A DNA stretch of 64,000 bases from Patescibacteria group bacterium (GTDB lineage Bacteria; Patescibacteriota; Patescibacteriia; XYB2-FULL-38-15), in the NCBI GenBank assembly GCA_041737355.1, contig JBGSRW010000007.1, positions 10,556 through 74,555 of the forward strand. The letters are read 5' to 3'. Shown one piece after another: positions 38,962-49,300 of this stretch. A program made the position numbers and the translations under genes. The notes below the pieces were generated by a model. That model was not told the origin of the DNA. It saw only the letters and a program-made list of their open reading frames with translations, and did not search any database. Position 1 is the stretch's first letter, and each line of letters starts with the position of its first letter.

Positions 38962-40452
38962 ATGAAGAAAAAATTAAAGATTGCCATAGTCGCTTCGGAG
39001 GTTTCTCCCTTCTCAAAAACCGGCGGGCTAGCCGACGTTACCGGTTCTCTGCCGAAAGTTTTTTCCGGAATGGGCCATGAAGTTGTCGTTCTCACTCCGT
39101 TTTACGAAAAAGCGATCGACACAAACGCCTTCCGTCTGAAACCGGCATCCGAAGACTTCGCTATCCAGGTTGGCAAAAAATCAAAGACAAAAATATCTCT
39201 CTGGCAGGGCTCCATAGAGCAGGGTCCGCCGGTTTATTTTATTGGGAACAAAAAATATTTTTCCAAACACCAGCGCCTTTACGGATCAACGCACGAGAAT
39301 TCACGCTTCGCTTTTTTCGATTTTGCCGTCCTTGAAACATTGAAAAAAATAAATTTCCAGCCGGATATAATCCATTGCCACGATTGGCATACCGGCCTTA
39401 TCCCTTTTCTTCTGAAAAAGGATCCCGTTTACTCCGCCGAAGATTTTTTTAAAAACACGGCCACCGTTTTCACTATCCACAATCTCGCTTTCCAGATGGG
39501 AAGCAACTGGTGGGACGTCCCGGCCGAGCGCAGGGATCCCGGAGACACAAATTTACCGCCCCTCCACTCCAAATCCTTGGAAAAAATAAATTTTGCCAAA
39601 CGGGGGATTATTTTCGCCGATTCGCTTAACACCGTTTCGGAAAAATACGCCGAGGAGCTTTTGACTCCGGAATTCGGGCAAGGCCTGGAAAAAATTATTC
39701 AAAAAAGACAAAAAGATTTTTTTGGGATTATCAACGGAATTGACTACTCGGTCTTCAACCCGAAATTAGACAAGAACATTCATGTAAATTACGACTGGGA
39801 CTCCCTGCACCGGAAAAAAAGAAATAAGCTTTCCCTGCAAAAAGAACTCGGCCTCGAGGAAAAAGCCGAAATCCCGCTTGTTGGCCTGGCTAGCCGGCTT
39901 GCTGAACAGAAAGGATATAATCTGGTCATTGAGAGTCTTGATATTCTTCTGAGGTTGTCGCTCCAAATTGTCGTTATCGCGAGCGGCGGGAAGGATGGCA
40001 AGGAGTATTCCGACGCATTCAAAAAAATTGCTTCAAAATATCCTAAAAAATTTGCCTTCATCACTCCATACACCGAAGAACAGGCTTCAAGGGTTTATGC
40101 CGGCTCGGATATGCTTCTCATGCCTTCGCGCTTTGAGCCTTGCGGCCTCTCTCCGCTAATTTCTCTCCGCTACGGATCAATTCCTATCGTCCATGAAACC
40201 GGGGGGCTGGCTGAAACAATCAGAAATTTCAACCCCGCGAACGACCAGGGCAACGGTTTTGTTTTCAAGTCTTATACCAAGGAAGATTTCCTGGTCGCTC
40301 TTGCGAGGGCCGTGGAAAACTATAAATACGAAAAAGTCTGGGAACACCTTGTTTGGCGCTCAATGAAACAATCTTTTTCCTGGGAAATCCCGGCGGAAAA
40401 ATATTTGGCGCTCTTCCGCCTCGCTCTCCGGAACCGAAAAAATAAAAAATAA
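38962..40452 (+). CDS. glgA: Glycogen/starch synthase (GT5)
   Basis: SE..PFSKTGGLADV, HCHDWHT, TIHNL..Q, GI.NGID, MPSRFEPCGL. Confidence 0.93.
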   Translation: MKKKLKIAIVASEVSPFSKTGGLADVTGSLPKVFSGMGHEVVVLTPFYEKAIDTNAFRLKPASEDFAIQVGKKSKTKISLWQGSIEQGPPVYFIGNKKYFSKHQRLYGSTHENSRFAFFDFAVLETLKKINFQPDIIHCHDWHTGLIPFLLKKDPVYSAEDFFKNTATVFTIHNLAFQMGSNWWDVPAERRDPGDTNLPPLHSKSLEKINFAKRGIIFADSLNTVSEKYAEELLTPEFGQGLEKIIQKRQKDFFGIINGIDYSVFNPKLDKNIHVNYDWDSLHRKKRNKLSLQKELGLEEKAEIPLVGLASRLAEQKGYNLVIESLDILLRLSLQIVVIASGGKDGKEYSDAFKKIASKYPKKFAFITPYTEEQASRVYAGSDMLLMPSRFEPCGLSPLISLRYGSIPIVHETGGLAETIRNFNPANDQGNGFVFKSYTKEDFLVALARAVENYKYEKVWEHLVWRSMKQSFSWEIPAEKYLALFRLALRNRKNKK

Positions 40453-40462
40453 ATTGGATCCT

Positions 40463-41686
40463 ATGTATTGGGCCAATCTTCTTCATATTTACCAACCGCC
40501 CGGCCAAAAAAAAGAAATTACAAAAAGGGTCGCGGCGGAAAGCTACTTACCCATTATTGAAATTCTGAAAAACCGGCCCGGGGTAAAAATAAATCTGAAT
40601 ATCAACGCCTCTCTAACCGAACAGCTGCCTCCGGCTGGCCTGTCTTCGATTATTCGGGAAATAAAATTTTTAGCTGAACGGGGACAAATTGAATTTACCG
40701 GAAGCGCAAAATATCATGTTATTCTCGCCCTGCTTCCGGAAAAAGAAATTATCCGCCAGATCGAATTGAACAATGAAACAAACAAAAAATTCTTCGGCGA
40801 TCTTTGGAAGCCGGCAGGATTTTTCATCCCCGAATTGTGCTACAGCGATAAAGTCGCCCGCGTCGTAAAAAAAATTGGGTTCAAGTGGATTGTCCTGGAT
40901 GAAATCGCTCACAAGGGAAATTTTGGCAAAATGAATTTTGATAAAAAATACGTTATTAAAGGCGTCGGCCTCCCGGTTTTTTTCCGCAATACTAAAATCT
41001 CAAATCTTTTTTTCACCGCCGAGGCCAAAACTCCCGCGGATTTTTTTAGGATACTCAAGGAAGACGGCCGCTCGGAAGAATACCTGCTGACGGCGCTCGA
41101 CGGAGAAAATCTCGGACACCACCAAAAAAATATGGACAAACTCTACGCGGATTTGCTTGATACTAAAAAATTTAAAACTGTCACCTTTACCGATCTTCTC
41201 GGACTTTATGAGAAAAGCTTGGAAATAAAACCTCTCCCCTCGAGCTGGTCTTCGCGGGAATCGGAGTTAAAAAATAAAATGCCCTACCCTCTTTGGAAAA
41301 ATCCCCAAAATGCCATCCACAAAAAACAGTGGCAACTCACCAACCTGGCGATAAAAACAATAAACGCGAACAGAAAAAAACCTGGTTACGGTTTGGCCAG
41401 AAAAAAATTAGACAAAGCGCTTCACTCCGATCAATATTGGTGGGCATCCGCCAATCCGTGGTGGTCGGTAGAAATTATAGAAAATGGGGCGAGAATGCTG
41501 AACGAAGCAATCTGTTCGCTAAAAAATACTCCCTCCGCAACAACGGAAAAGTCGGAAAATATCTATAGAAATATCTCCGCCATGGCGCGTAATTGGCAAA
41601 ATAGCGGCAGGGCTAAAAAAATACGAGAAGCCTATCTTGCGGGCGAACCGTACGAGCGTTACTTCGCTGGAAAAATTATTAAATAA
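40463..41686 (+). CDS. GH57 family glycoside hydrolase (paralog 1)
   Basis: LHIYQP, ESY, GFF.PEL, ALDGENLGHH, HSDQYWWA. Confidence 0.83.
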   Translation: MYWANLLHIYQPPGQKKEITKRVAAESYLPIIEILKNRPGVKINLNINASLTEQLPPAGLSSIIREIKFLAERGQIEFTGSAKYHVILALLPEKEIIRQIELNNETNKKFFGDLWKPAGFFIPELCYSDKVARVVKKIGFKWIVLDEIAHKGNFGKMNFDKKYVIKGVGLPVFFRNTKISNLFFTAEAKTPADFFRILKEDGRSEEYLLTALDGENLGHHQKNMDKLYADLLDTKKFKTVTFTDLLGLYEKSLEIKPLPSSWSSRESELKNKMPYPLWKNPQNAIHKKQWQLTNLAIKTINANRKKPGYGLARKKLDKALHSDQYWWASANPWWSVEIIENGARMLNEAICSLKNTPSATTEKSENIYRNISAMARNWQNSGRAKKIREAYLAGEPYERYFAGKIIK

Positions 41687-41728
41687 TATTTCAGATATTA
41701 GAAATTAAAATTTATAAATTATCCTTAT

Positions 41729-43216
41729 ATGTATTGGGCAAACTTTTTACATATTTATCAGCCGCCGAATCAAATGCCGGATATCCTGGAAAGGATCGTC
41801 AACGAAAGCTACAGAAAAATAATTGCCGGACTTTTAAAAAATCCGAAAGCGAAAATGACCCTGAATATCAACGCCGGACTGACTGAACAGTTAGATCAGT
41901 ACGGTTATCACGACATTATTGACGGGATAAAAAAGCTCGCCGCGGACGGTCAAATTGAATTTACCGAAAGCGCGAAGTACCATCCCTTCCTTCCCCTCAC
42001 TCCCTGGGAGGAGGCTATCCGCCAGATAAAACTTAATCAGGAAACCAATAAATTCTTTTTTGGCAAAATCTACAAACCCGTGGGTTTCTTCCCGCCCGAA
42101 ATGGCTTATGACAGAAAGGTGGCTGACATTGTTTCGTCCCTAGGATATAAATGGATGATTATTGATGAAATCGCCTATAATGGAAGAACCGATGTTGTTG
42201 ATTACTCAAAAACTTATTCAATTAAGGGCTTGAAGGATTTTAAAATATTTTTCAGAGACAGGCGGGTCAGCAATCTAATTATGTCGGCCGTGGTCCGCTC
42301 CGGAGCGACTCTCCTTGATGCGCTGGGTGAAGAAAAAAATAAAAACCGCTATTTGCTTACGGCTATGGACGGGGAAACCTTTGGTCATCACAGACCGGGG
42401 CTTGAAAAACTTCTCTTTGAAGTTTTGTCTTCCCCTAAGTTTAAAAAAATATTCATTTCGGAAATAATAAAATATTTTCCCGAAGGAGAAGCGATCGATC
42501 CGATCCCCTCTACCTGGGCAAGTTCCGAGGAAAATATCCAGAACGGCACGCAGTTCCTCTCTTGGAACGATCCGGAAAATCCAATTCATTCCTGGCAATG
42601 GGAATTCACGAGTTTCGCCCTGAAAATTGTAGAAAAAATAAACCCCAAAAAATCTTATTACAAAATTGTCCGCGATAAAATGGACCGGGCTCTCCACTCC
42701 TGCCAGTATTGGTGGGCAAGCGGTAAGCCGTGGTGGTCGCTCGAAATGATTGAAGGCGGAGCCTGGAGATTGCTCGACGTGCTGCGCTCGATTCCCGATT
42801 TACCGAAAGAAAAAGTAGAAAACGGAGAACGGATGTACCAAAGAATTGTTCTTAAAGCTTTTGAGTGGCAAAGGACCGGTTATATCCGCCAATTAAACCA
42901 GGCCAACCAGTCGCAAATTCGTATTCCCTTTAAGAAACGAACTATCATGGCGGGCAAACCCGAGGTCTACCGGGCATTTGTTGATACAATGAAAAAAGAG
43001 GTGCAAAGAGCCGCGAGAAATAATGAATTTGAAAAAGCCATTCTTTGGCGTGACGCTATTTCAAAGATAGAAAACCAGGACGATATTTACGATGCCGTCC
43101 ACGCGATCGATCTGCTCCGGACGGTCGTACCATCCGGCAATTTGGAGAAACTCATGGATAAATATAAAAAACAGTACAAAAAAATGCGCGGCGGACAGCC
43201 CGAACAGCGGGGCTAA
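41729..43216 (+). CDS. GH57 family glycoside hydrolase (paralog 2) with C-terminal UVR-like coil
   Basis: LHIYQP, GFFPPEM, AMDGETFGHH, HSCQYWWA; M...A....EFEKAI.WRD.I. Confidence 0.83.
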   Translation: MYWANFLHIYQPPNQMPDILERIVNESYRKIIAGLLKNPKAKMTLNINAGLTEQLDQYGYHDIIDGIKKLAADGQIEFTESAKYHPFLPLTPWEEAIRQIKLNQETNKFFFGKIYKPVGFFPPEMAYDRKVADIVSSLGYKWMIIDEIAYNGRTDVVDYSKTYSIKGLKDFKIFFRDRRVSNLIMSAVVRSGATLLDALGEEKNKNRYLLTAMDGETFGHHRPGLEKLLFEVLSSPKFKKIFISEIIKYFPEGEAIDPIPSTWASSEENIQNGTQFLSWNDPENPIHSWQWEFTSFALKIVEKINPKKSYYKIVRDKMDRALHSCQYWWASGKPWWSLEMIEGGAWRLLDVLRSIPDLPKEKVENGERMYQRIVLKAFEWQRTGYIRQLNQANQSQIRIPFKKRTIMAGKPEVYRAFVDTMKKEVQRAARNNEFEKAILWRDAISKIENQDDIYDAVHAIDLLRTVVPSGNLEKLMDKYKKQYKKMRGGQPEQRG

Positions 43217-43236
43217 GCCATGCTAATCAGATAGCC

Positions 43237-44313
43237 ATGCAAACAAAAAATAATAAACTTTTTCTAAAACAAGTCTGGGCGGAAAAATTTTTTGATAAAC
43301 ACCTAAAAAAATACTGGCCTGACGCAAAAAAAATTGTTTCTCTGAAAATAGAACTTCTTAAAGTTTTTCTTAATTATCTGCGCTTCACGGTGCGCTACCG
43401 CGTTTCAATCGAAACTAAAAATGGCAAAATAGAGAATCGGACGGTCATTATCAAAACGGAACGGGCAAAAAAATTTGATTGGCCGCCGAGAATCGGCAAG
43501 GTGCAACGCGATTTTCTGGCCACGAGTTTCCTTGGGCGTCACGGCCTCAAGGGCTCTCTCCCCCGCCCGCTGGAGTTTCAGAAACCACTTAGGGCTTATC
43601 TTTATGAAGAGGCTCCCGGCGAACCCTTAAAAAATCTTATACAGCCAAAAAATTGGCGGGCTAATCTTTTCTATAAAAAAATTCCCAATGTTGCGAAAAT
43701 TCTAAAAAAACTTCACTCCATCAGGCGCCGTCCTTCTTTTGTCCCAGCCAATCCTAAAAAATTGATTGAGGACGGTCTTCAAAAATGGTTTGATATAATC
43801 GGCAAATACTATCCGGCAGGAGAAAAGCGCGCCGAAAAAATTGTTGCCATCTTAAAACAGATGGAAAAAAAATATAATAATATTATTTTTCACAAAAAAG
43901 CTTACCGCGTGACGCACGGTGATTTCCAAAATGACAATATTCTCGTAGGCGCGGGCGGTAAAATATTTCTGATTGATTTCGCCGACTGCAAATATTTTAA
44001 TCCCCTTGATGACCTGGCTTCCTTTTTGATCCAGTCCGAGTCGCACTTCAAATACGTTCGGCCAAAAATCTACAAAGAATTAACAAAAAAACTAAAAAAG
44101 ACAATTTATTTATCATACTTTGGGCGGAAAATAAAACCGACGGAAGAGATGCAAATAGAATTTTTTTCCGCCAAAGATATTCTCCGCATTATTACTTTTG
44201 TTTCTTTCACCCAAAAAAGCTGGCAAACCATCAACGATCACAGCCAGATGATGGACAATCTCCTGACCTTTGCCGAAGAGAAAGTTAAAATTTTAGAAGC
44301 CAAATATTTATGA
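43237..44313 (+). CDS. Aminoglycoside phosphotransferase-like kinase
   Basis: L.KLH, THGDFQNDNIL, LIDF. Confidence 0.8.
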   Translation: MQTKNNKLFLKQVWAEKFFDKHLKKYWPDAKKIVSLKIELLKVFLNYLRFTVRYRVSIETKNGKIENRTVIIKTERAKKFDWPPRIGKVQRDFLATSFLGRHGLKGSLPRPLEFQKPLRAYLYEEAPGEPLKNLIQPKNWRANLFYKKIPNVAKILKKLHSIRRRPSFVPANPKKLIEDGLQKWFDIIGKYYPAGEKRAEKIVAILKQMEKKYNNIIFHKKAYRVTHGDFQNDNILVGAGGKIFLIDFADCKYFNPLDDLASFLIQSESHFKYVRPKIYKELTKKLKKTIYLSYFGRKIKPTEEMQIEFFSAKDILRIITFVSFTQKSWQTINDHSQMMDNLLTFAEEKVKILEAKYL

Positions 44314-45203
44314 AAACCATCGACCTTCACCTTCACTCAACCTACAGCGAGGGAGACCTATCCCCGGGACAAATTATCAAGCGGGCAAAAAAAGAAGGGT
44401 TCGCGGTTGTCGCCATAGCCGATCACAACACGATCGACGGAGTAACTGAGGCGATAAAACTCGGGAAAAAAGAAAAAATTGTCGTTATCCCCGGAGTTGA
44501 AGTTTATACGGAGTTTTCCGGAAAGCGGCTCCATCTTTTGGGTTATAATTTTGATATCAAAAATCAAAACCTTAACGAACTTCTCTGGCAATCGCAGGTT
44601 CATCACCTTGAATGGGCCAAAAGATCATTAAAGAAAATGGCCGATCTGGATTTTAAGATTGATTTTGCCGACCTGGATAATCTCAAGACAAAATATCTTG
44701 GCTTCCGGCATCTGAAGACAATCGTAGAAAAATATCCGGCTAACCTTAAAAAAATGTCTGCGGAAATAAAACCGCAATTTGGCGAGCCAACCTTGTTTGA
44801 ATTTATAAACTTCTACTTCGCCGAAGGAAAACCGGCCCATGTCCCGCAAACGAACATGAAGATTGATACGGCCGAAGCCATTGCCATCGTCACAACCGCT
44901 GGCGGACTTCCGGTTTTAGCCCATCCCGGCCAGCAACTTTCCTGGCAAGATGACGGATTAATTTCCGAACTAAAAGAAGCTGGACTCCGCGGCCTTGAAG
45001 TTTTTTCGCCTTACCACAACTGGCACCAAGCAGAGCATTATCAAAAGCTGGCTAATGATCTGGATTTAACTATCACTGGCGGAACAGACTTTCACGGGGA
45101 TCTTGTTGATCCGACCCTCAAAACCCAACTCATCCACAGCGCCTGGGATTATTTCAAAATTCCCTACGCCGTTTACAAAAATTTAAAAGAATTTCTTAAA
45201 TAG
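44310..45203 (+). CDS. PHP domain phosphoesterase
   Basis: DLHLHSTYS.G, AIADH, GVE, H.LGY, LAHP, GGTDFHG. Confidence 0.9.
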   Translation: MKTIDLHLHSTYSEGDLSPGQIIKRAKKEGFAVVAIADHNTIDGVTEAIKLGKKEKIVVIPGVEVYTEFSGKRLHLLGYNFDIKNQNLNELLWQSQVHHLEWAKRSLKKMADLDFKIDFADLDNLKTKYLGFRHLKTIVEKYPANLKKMSAEIKPQFGEPTLFEFINFYFAEGKPAHVPQTNMKIDTAEAIAIVTTAGGLPVLAHPGQQLSWQDDGLISELKEAGLRGLEVFSPYHNWHQAEHYQKLANDLDLTITGGTDFHGDLVDPTLKTQLIHSAWDYFKIPYAVYKNLKEFLK

Positions 45204-45285
45204 ACCCCTCTCCCTCAAAATTAAGCCGGCTTTTGCCAAAAAGGCGGCTTTTTGTTATAATTTAAGCAAAATTAAGCTTATTTCT

Positions 45286-46185
45286 ATGTCAAAATACATT
45301 ATTGGTTTGGATATCGGCGGGACGAAAATCGCCGCCGGAACAGTTGATTCCAGCGGGAAAATCGTAAAAAAAATTACTATTCCTACCGAAGCCGGGCGGG
45401 GCAAGAAGATTATTCTAAAAAATATTCTCACGGCGGCGAGCAAAGTCTGGCTGCCGGGAGTTTCCGCAATTGGCGTAGCCATAGCCGGACAGTGTGATTT
45501 TCGCCGAGGTGTTTTTCTTTTCGGACCAAATTTCCAGAAAAATTTTAAAAATATAAATATCGGAAAATTTTTAAGCAAGGAGTTCCGGGTTCCGGTCTGT
45601 CTCGATAATGACGCCCGGGCTTTTACTCTGGCAGAAAGTATTTACGGCGCCGGACGAGGATATAAAAATATTGTCGGGTTGACGCTTGGAACCGGCATCG
45701 GCGGCGGAATAGTAATCAACGGAAATATTTTAAGAGGCAAAAATAATACGGCTGGAGAATTTGGTCATATGACCATTGATGCCGCTTCGCCTTATCGCTG
45801 CAGCTGCGGAAAGGCCGGCCACTTCGAGGCCCTGGCTTCAGGTACGGCTCTGGTTAATTTTTACAAAAAACTTTCCGGAAAAAATCTGGATGCGATAAAA
45901 ATAGAGAAAAAGCTTATCGCCGGCGACGGACGGGCCAAAAAGGCCTTTTCTTTATTGTCTAAATATTTAGGCCTTGGTTTAGCCAGCCTTACTCAACTTC
46001 TTGACCCCGAAATCATTGTTTTAGGCGGCGGATTCAGCAACGCCCCTGGGCTTCTCTCAGCCACCTTACGTGAATTCAAAAAAGCGGTAATCTATAAATC
46101 GCTTAAAAAGACTAAAATTATAAAGGCAAAACTCGGGCGGAATGCCGGAATTGTCGGGGCCGCCCTGGTTGCCAGAAAAAAATAA
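45286..46185 (+). CDS. ROK family sugar kinase (glucokinase-like)
   Basis: GLDIGGTK, DNDA, TLGTGIGGG, GEFGH, CSCG..GH.E. Confidence 0.9.
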   Translation: MSKYIIGLDIGGTKIAAGTVDSSGKIVKKITIPTEAGRGKKIILKNILTAASKVWLPGVSAIGVAIAGQCDFRRGVFLFGPNFQKNFKNINIGKFLSKEFRVPVCLDNDARAFTLAESIYGAGRGYKNIVGLTLGTGIGGGIVINGNILRGKNNTAGEFGHMTIDAASPYRCSCGKAGHFEALASGTALVNFYKKLSGKNLDAIKIEKKLIAGDGRAKKAFSLLSKYLGLGLASLTQLLDPEIIVLGGGFSNAPGLLSATLREFKKAVIYKSLKKTKIIKAKLGRNAGIVGAALVARKK

Positions 46186-46186
46186 T

Positions 46187-49100
46187 ATGAGCTATCTGCC
46201 CGGTAAAATCCAATCGCCTAAAAATTGGAAAGAGAAGCCTCTTCGCCGACTTTTTAAGGCTGGCCGGAATGAAGAAAAAAATCTCGCAGCAGAAGGTAGC
46301 TCTGAAAGGGTGGACCAAAAGATAGAAATCTCCCGTGCTAAAAGTCTGGCGGAGGCCGCGCCGCGGCAAGAAAATTATATCCCGCCCGGCATTCGTTTTA
46401 AAAAACTTTCTTTTAACATATTTCAAAAAATTATTTCTATGGCAAAAAATCTCCGCTACAGAATAAGGAGCCGCTCCCGCGGACAAAAAATTAATTATAA
46501 TAAAATTATTGGGTACGGTTTTGCTATATTTCTGTCGCTAACTCTTGTTTTTGGTATTATCGGGGTAGCCGCCCTGGCCTGGTTTTCCCGCGATCTCCCG
46601 AACCCGGATAAACTGCTCGAACGCCAGGTTGCCCAAAGCACAAAAATTTATGACCGAGCCGGTGAGCACGTCCTTTACGAAATTTACAGCGACCAAAAAC
46701 GCACCCTGGTTGAACTATCCGATATCCCTGACTTTATGAAACAGGCGGTAATTGTTGCTGAAGACCGAACTTTTTACACTCATCATGGTTTTGATCTCAA
46801 GGGCATCCTCCGATCGGTCTGGCTGGATATCTTCCACGGCCAGAAAGTTGGGGGCTCGACCATTACCCAGCAACTCGTTAAAAATGCGATTTTGTCACCC
46901 GAAAAAACCTTTACAAGAAAATTTAAAGAACTGGCTCTTTCCATACAGCTCGAAAGAAAATTCAGCAAAGACCAGATTCTGAAAATGTATTTCAACGAAA
47001 TCCCCTACGGCTCAACCGCTTACGGGATCTCTTCAGCTGCCCAATCTTACTTCGGGAAAAACGTAAAAGATCTCGATCTGGCTGAGGCCGCGCTGCTCGC
47101 CGCTTTGCCACAGGCCCCGACGTATTATTCCCCATACGGAAGCCACACCGACGCCCTCCTCGCTAGACAAAAATATATTTTAGACGGCATGGTTGAAGAA
47201 GGATATATCAAGAAAGACGAAGCGGAGGCGGCAAAACAAATTGACGTGCTGACGAAAATTGTTCCCAAAAAAGAATCGATTACCGCGCCGCACTTTGTAA
47301 TGTATGTCAAAGAAATGCTCACGGAAAAATACGGAGAAAAAGAAGTTGACCAGGGAGGGCTGAGGGTTTATACCACTCTTGATTTTGATAAACAAAAATT
47401 TGCCGAAGAGGCTATCTCGGAAAACGCCGAAAAAAATGCGACTAAATATAATGCCAACAACTCCGCCCTGGTTTCCATTGATCCAAAAACCGGACAAATC
47501 CTGGCCATGGTCGGATCAAAAAATTATTTCGGGGAATCAGAACCGGAAAATTGTATCCCTGGATCAAACTGTCTTTTTGAGCCGAACGTCAACGTCGCCC
47601 TCCGTCCCCGTCAGCCTGGCTCATCTTTCAAGCCGATCGGTTACGCCACAGCTTTTCAAAAAGGATTTTCTCCGGAAACAATGCTCTTTGATCTTGTAAC
47701 TACTTTTAAAACGGATACCAAGGATTATATTCCACATAACTACGACGGAAAAGAACACGGCCCTGTTTCCATGCGTCAGGCTTTGGCCGGATCCTTAAAT
47801 ATTCCGGCCGTTAAAACAATGTATTTGGCCGGAATTGATAATGTTTTAAACTTGGCCCAAGCTATGGGCTATACCACTCTTTCCGACCGCTCCCGTTTTG
47901 GCCTTTCTCTCGTTTTGGGCGGCGGAGAAGTAAAACTCCTGGAACATACGGCTGCTTTCGGCGTTTTTGCTACCGAAGGAAAGCTTTTTCCGACAACCGC
48001 CATTTTGAAAGTCGAGGACGCCAAGGGCCAGATTCTTGAAGAATGGAAAGAGGAGGAGGGTAAGGAGGTAATGTCGGCGCAAACCGCCCGGCAAATTGAA
48101 AGCATCATGTCGGACGACGCGGCCCGAGCTTATGTTTTCGGCGCAGGCGGCCCCTTAACCTTGCCCGGCCGGCCGGTAGGGGCAAAAACCGGGACAACGA
48201 ATGACTGGCGCGATGGCTGGACAATAGGCTATACGCCATCGCTTGTTACGGGGGTATGGTCCGGAAACAACAACAACTCAGAGATGAAACGCGGCTCGGA
48301 TGGCGTTTTTGTTGCCGCGCCAATCTGGAATGCCTATATGAAAAAAGCTCTTGAGGGAACACCCGTGGAAAGATTTACCGCTCCGGCGCCGATCACAACC
48401 GATAAGCCTGTCTTGAAGGGAGAAATCGGCCCGGAAACGGTCGTGAAAATCGATAAACTTTCCGGAAAACTGGCGACCGAGTTCACGCCGCCGACCTATA
48501 TTGAAGAAAAAAAGTTCCGTGAAGTCCACACTATTCTTTTTTACGTCAACAAAAACGATCCCAATGGCCCGCCTCCGGAAAAACCGGAAGCCGATCCGCA
48601 ATTTGCCGGATGGGAGGCGCCAATCCAGAAATGGGCCGAGGAACAGGGATATGCAATGGATAAGCAGGTGCCAACTGATTACGATGATATTCATTTAGCT
48701 GAACACAAACCGGCAATTTCCCTTACCTCGCCGGAGAATAATGTTACCTGGAACGTCCGCCAAGCCCTTGCTTCGGTTTCCGTTTTCGCCCCTCGCGGCC
48801 CGATTTCCCGGGTTGAATATTTTGTTGACGGAGCACTCTTAAAAACGGTTTTTGCTTCCCCATACTCTTTGGACGCCGTAATTCCAAACGCAATTTCGAA
48901 CGGTTTCCATACCCTGCGGGCCACCGTCTACGACGATATTGATAATTTCAATTTCTCGGAAATTACTTTTAATCTTTTGGCACCGAAACTTCCGCCACAA
49001 ATCAACTGGCTTGGTCCGAGAAACGGGGCAAGGTTTTATTCAACGAACTTCCCTCTTACCGTCACGGCCGATACGCCGGACTTTGCCGACATCGCCGAAA

Positions 49101-49288
49101 TTTCTTTCTACCTGAAAAGCGCCGACGAGACCGAACTTCTTAAAACTTTTTCTACCCCGACCGAATCTTCTTTCGTCTTCAAGTGGCAGACGGCTCCTCC
49201 GACCGGCGATTATGAAATATACGCCCAGTCAACCGACAAGGATGGCAACACGAGCAAAAGCTCCTCGATTTCCGTAACGGTGATGTAA
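46187..49288 (+). CDS. Class A penicillin-binding protein (PBP1A family) with C-terminal Ig-like domains
   Basis: EDR.FY.H.G, GGSTITQQLVKN, RK.KE, RQPGSSFKP, SLN, KTGT; start codon uncertain. Confidence 0.92.
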   Translation: MSYLPGKIQSPKNWKEKPLRRLFKAGRNEEKNLAAEGSSERVDQKIEISRAKSLAEAAPRQENYIPPGIRFKKLSFNIFQKIISMAKNLRYRIRSRSRGQKINYNKIIGYGFAIFLSLTLVFGIIGVAALAWFSRDLPNPDKLLERQVAQSTKIYDRAGEHVLYEIYSDQKRTLVELSDIPDFMKQAVIVAEDRTFYTHHGFDLKGILRSVWLDIFHGQKVGGSTITQQLVKNAILSPEKTFTRKFKELALSIQLERKFSKDQILKMYFNEIPYGSTAYGISSAAQSYFGKNVKDLDLAEAALLAALPQAPTYYSPYGSHTDALLARQKYILDGMVEEGYIKKDEAEAAKQIDVLTKIVPKKESITAPHFVMYVKEMLTEKYGEKEVDQGGLRVYTTLDFDKQKFAEEAISENAEKNATKYNANNSALVSIDPKTGQILAMVGSKNYFGESEPENCIPGSNCLFEPNVNVALRPRQPGSSFKPIGYATAFQKGFSPETMLFDLVTTFKTDTKDYIPHNYDGKEHGPVSMRQALAGSLNIPAVKTMYLAGIDNVLNLAQAMGYTTLSDRSRFGLSLVLGGGEVKLLEHTAAFGVFATEGKLFPTTAILKVEDAKGQILEEWKEEEGKEVMSAQTARQIESIMSDDAARAYVFGAGGPLTLPGRPVGAKTGTTNDWRDGWTIGYTPSLVTGVWSGNNNNSEMKRGSDGVFVAAPIWNAYMKKALEGTPVERFTAPAPITTDKPVLKGEIGPETVVKIDKLSGKLATEFTPPTYIEEKKFREVHTILFYVNKNDPNGPPPEKPEADPQFAGWEAPIQKWAEEQGYAMDKQVPTDYDDIHLAEHKPAISLTSPENNVTWNVRQALASVSVFAPRGPISRVEYFVDGALLKTVFASPYSLDAVIPNAISNGFHTLRATVYDDIDNFNFSEITFNLLAPKLPPQINWLGPRNGARFYSTNFPLTVTADTPDFADIAEISFYLKSADETELLKTFSTPTESSFVFKWQTAPPTGDYEIYAQSTDKDGNTSKSSSISVTVM

Positions 49289-49300
49289 AATATCATAAAA

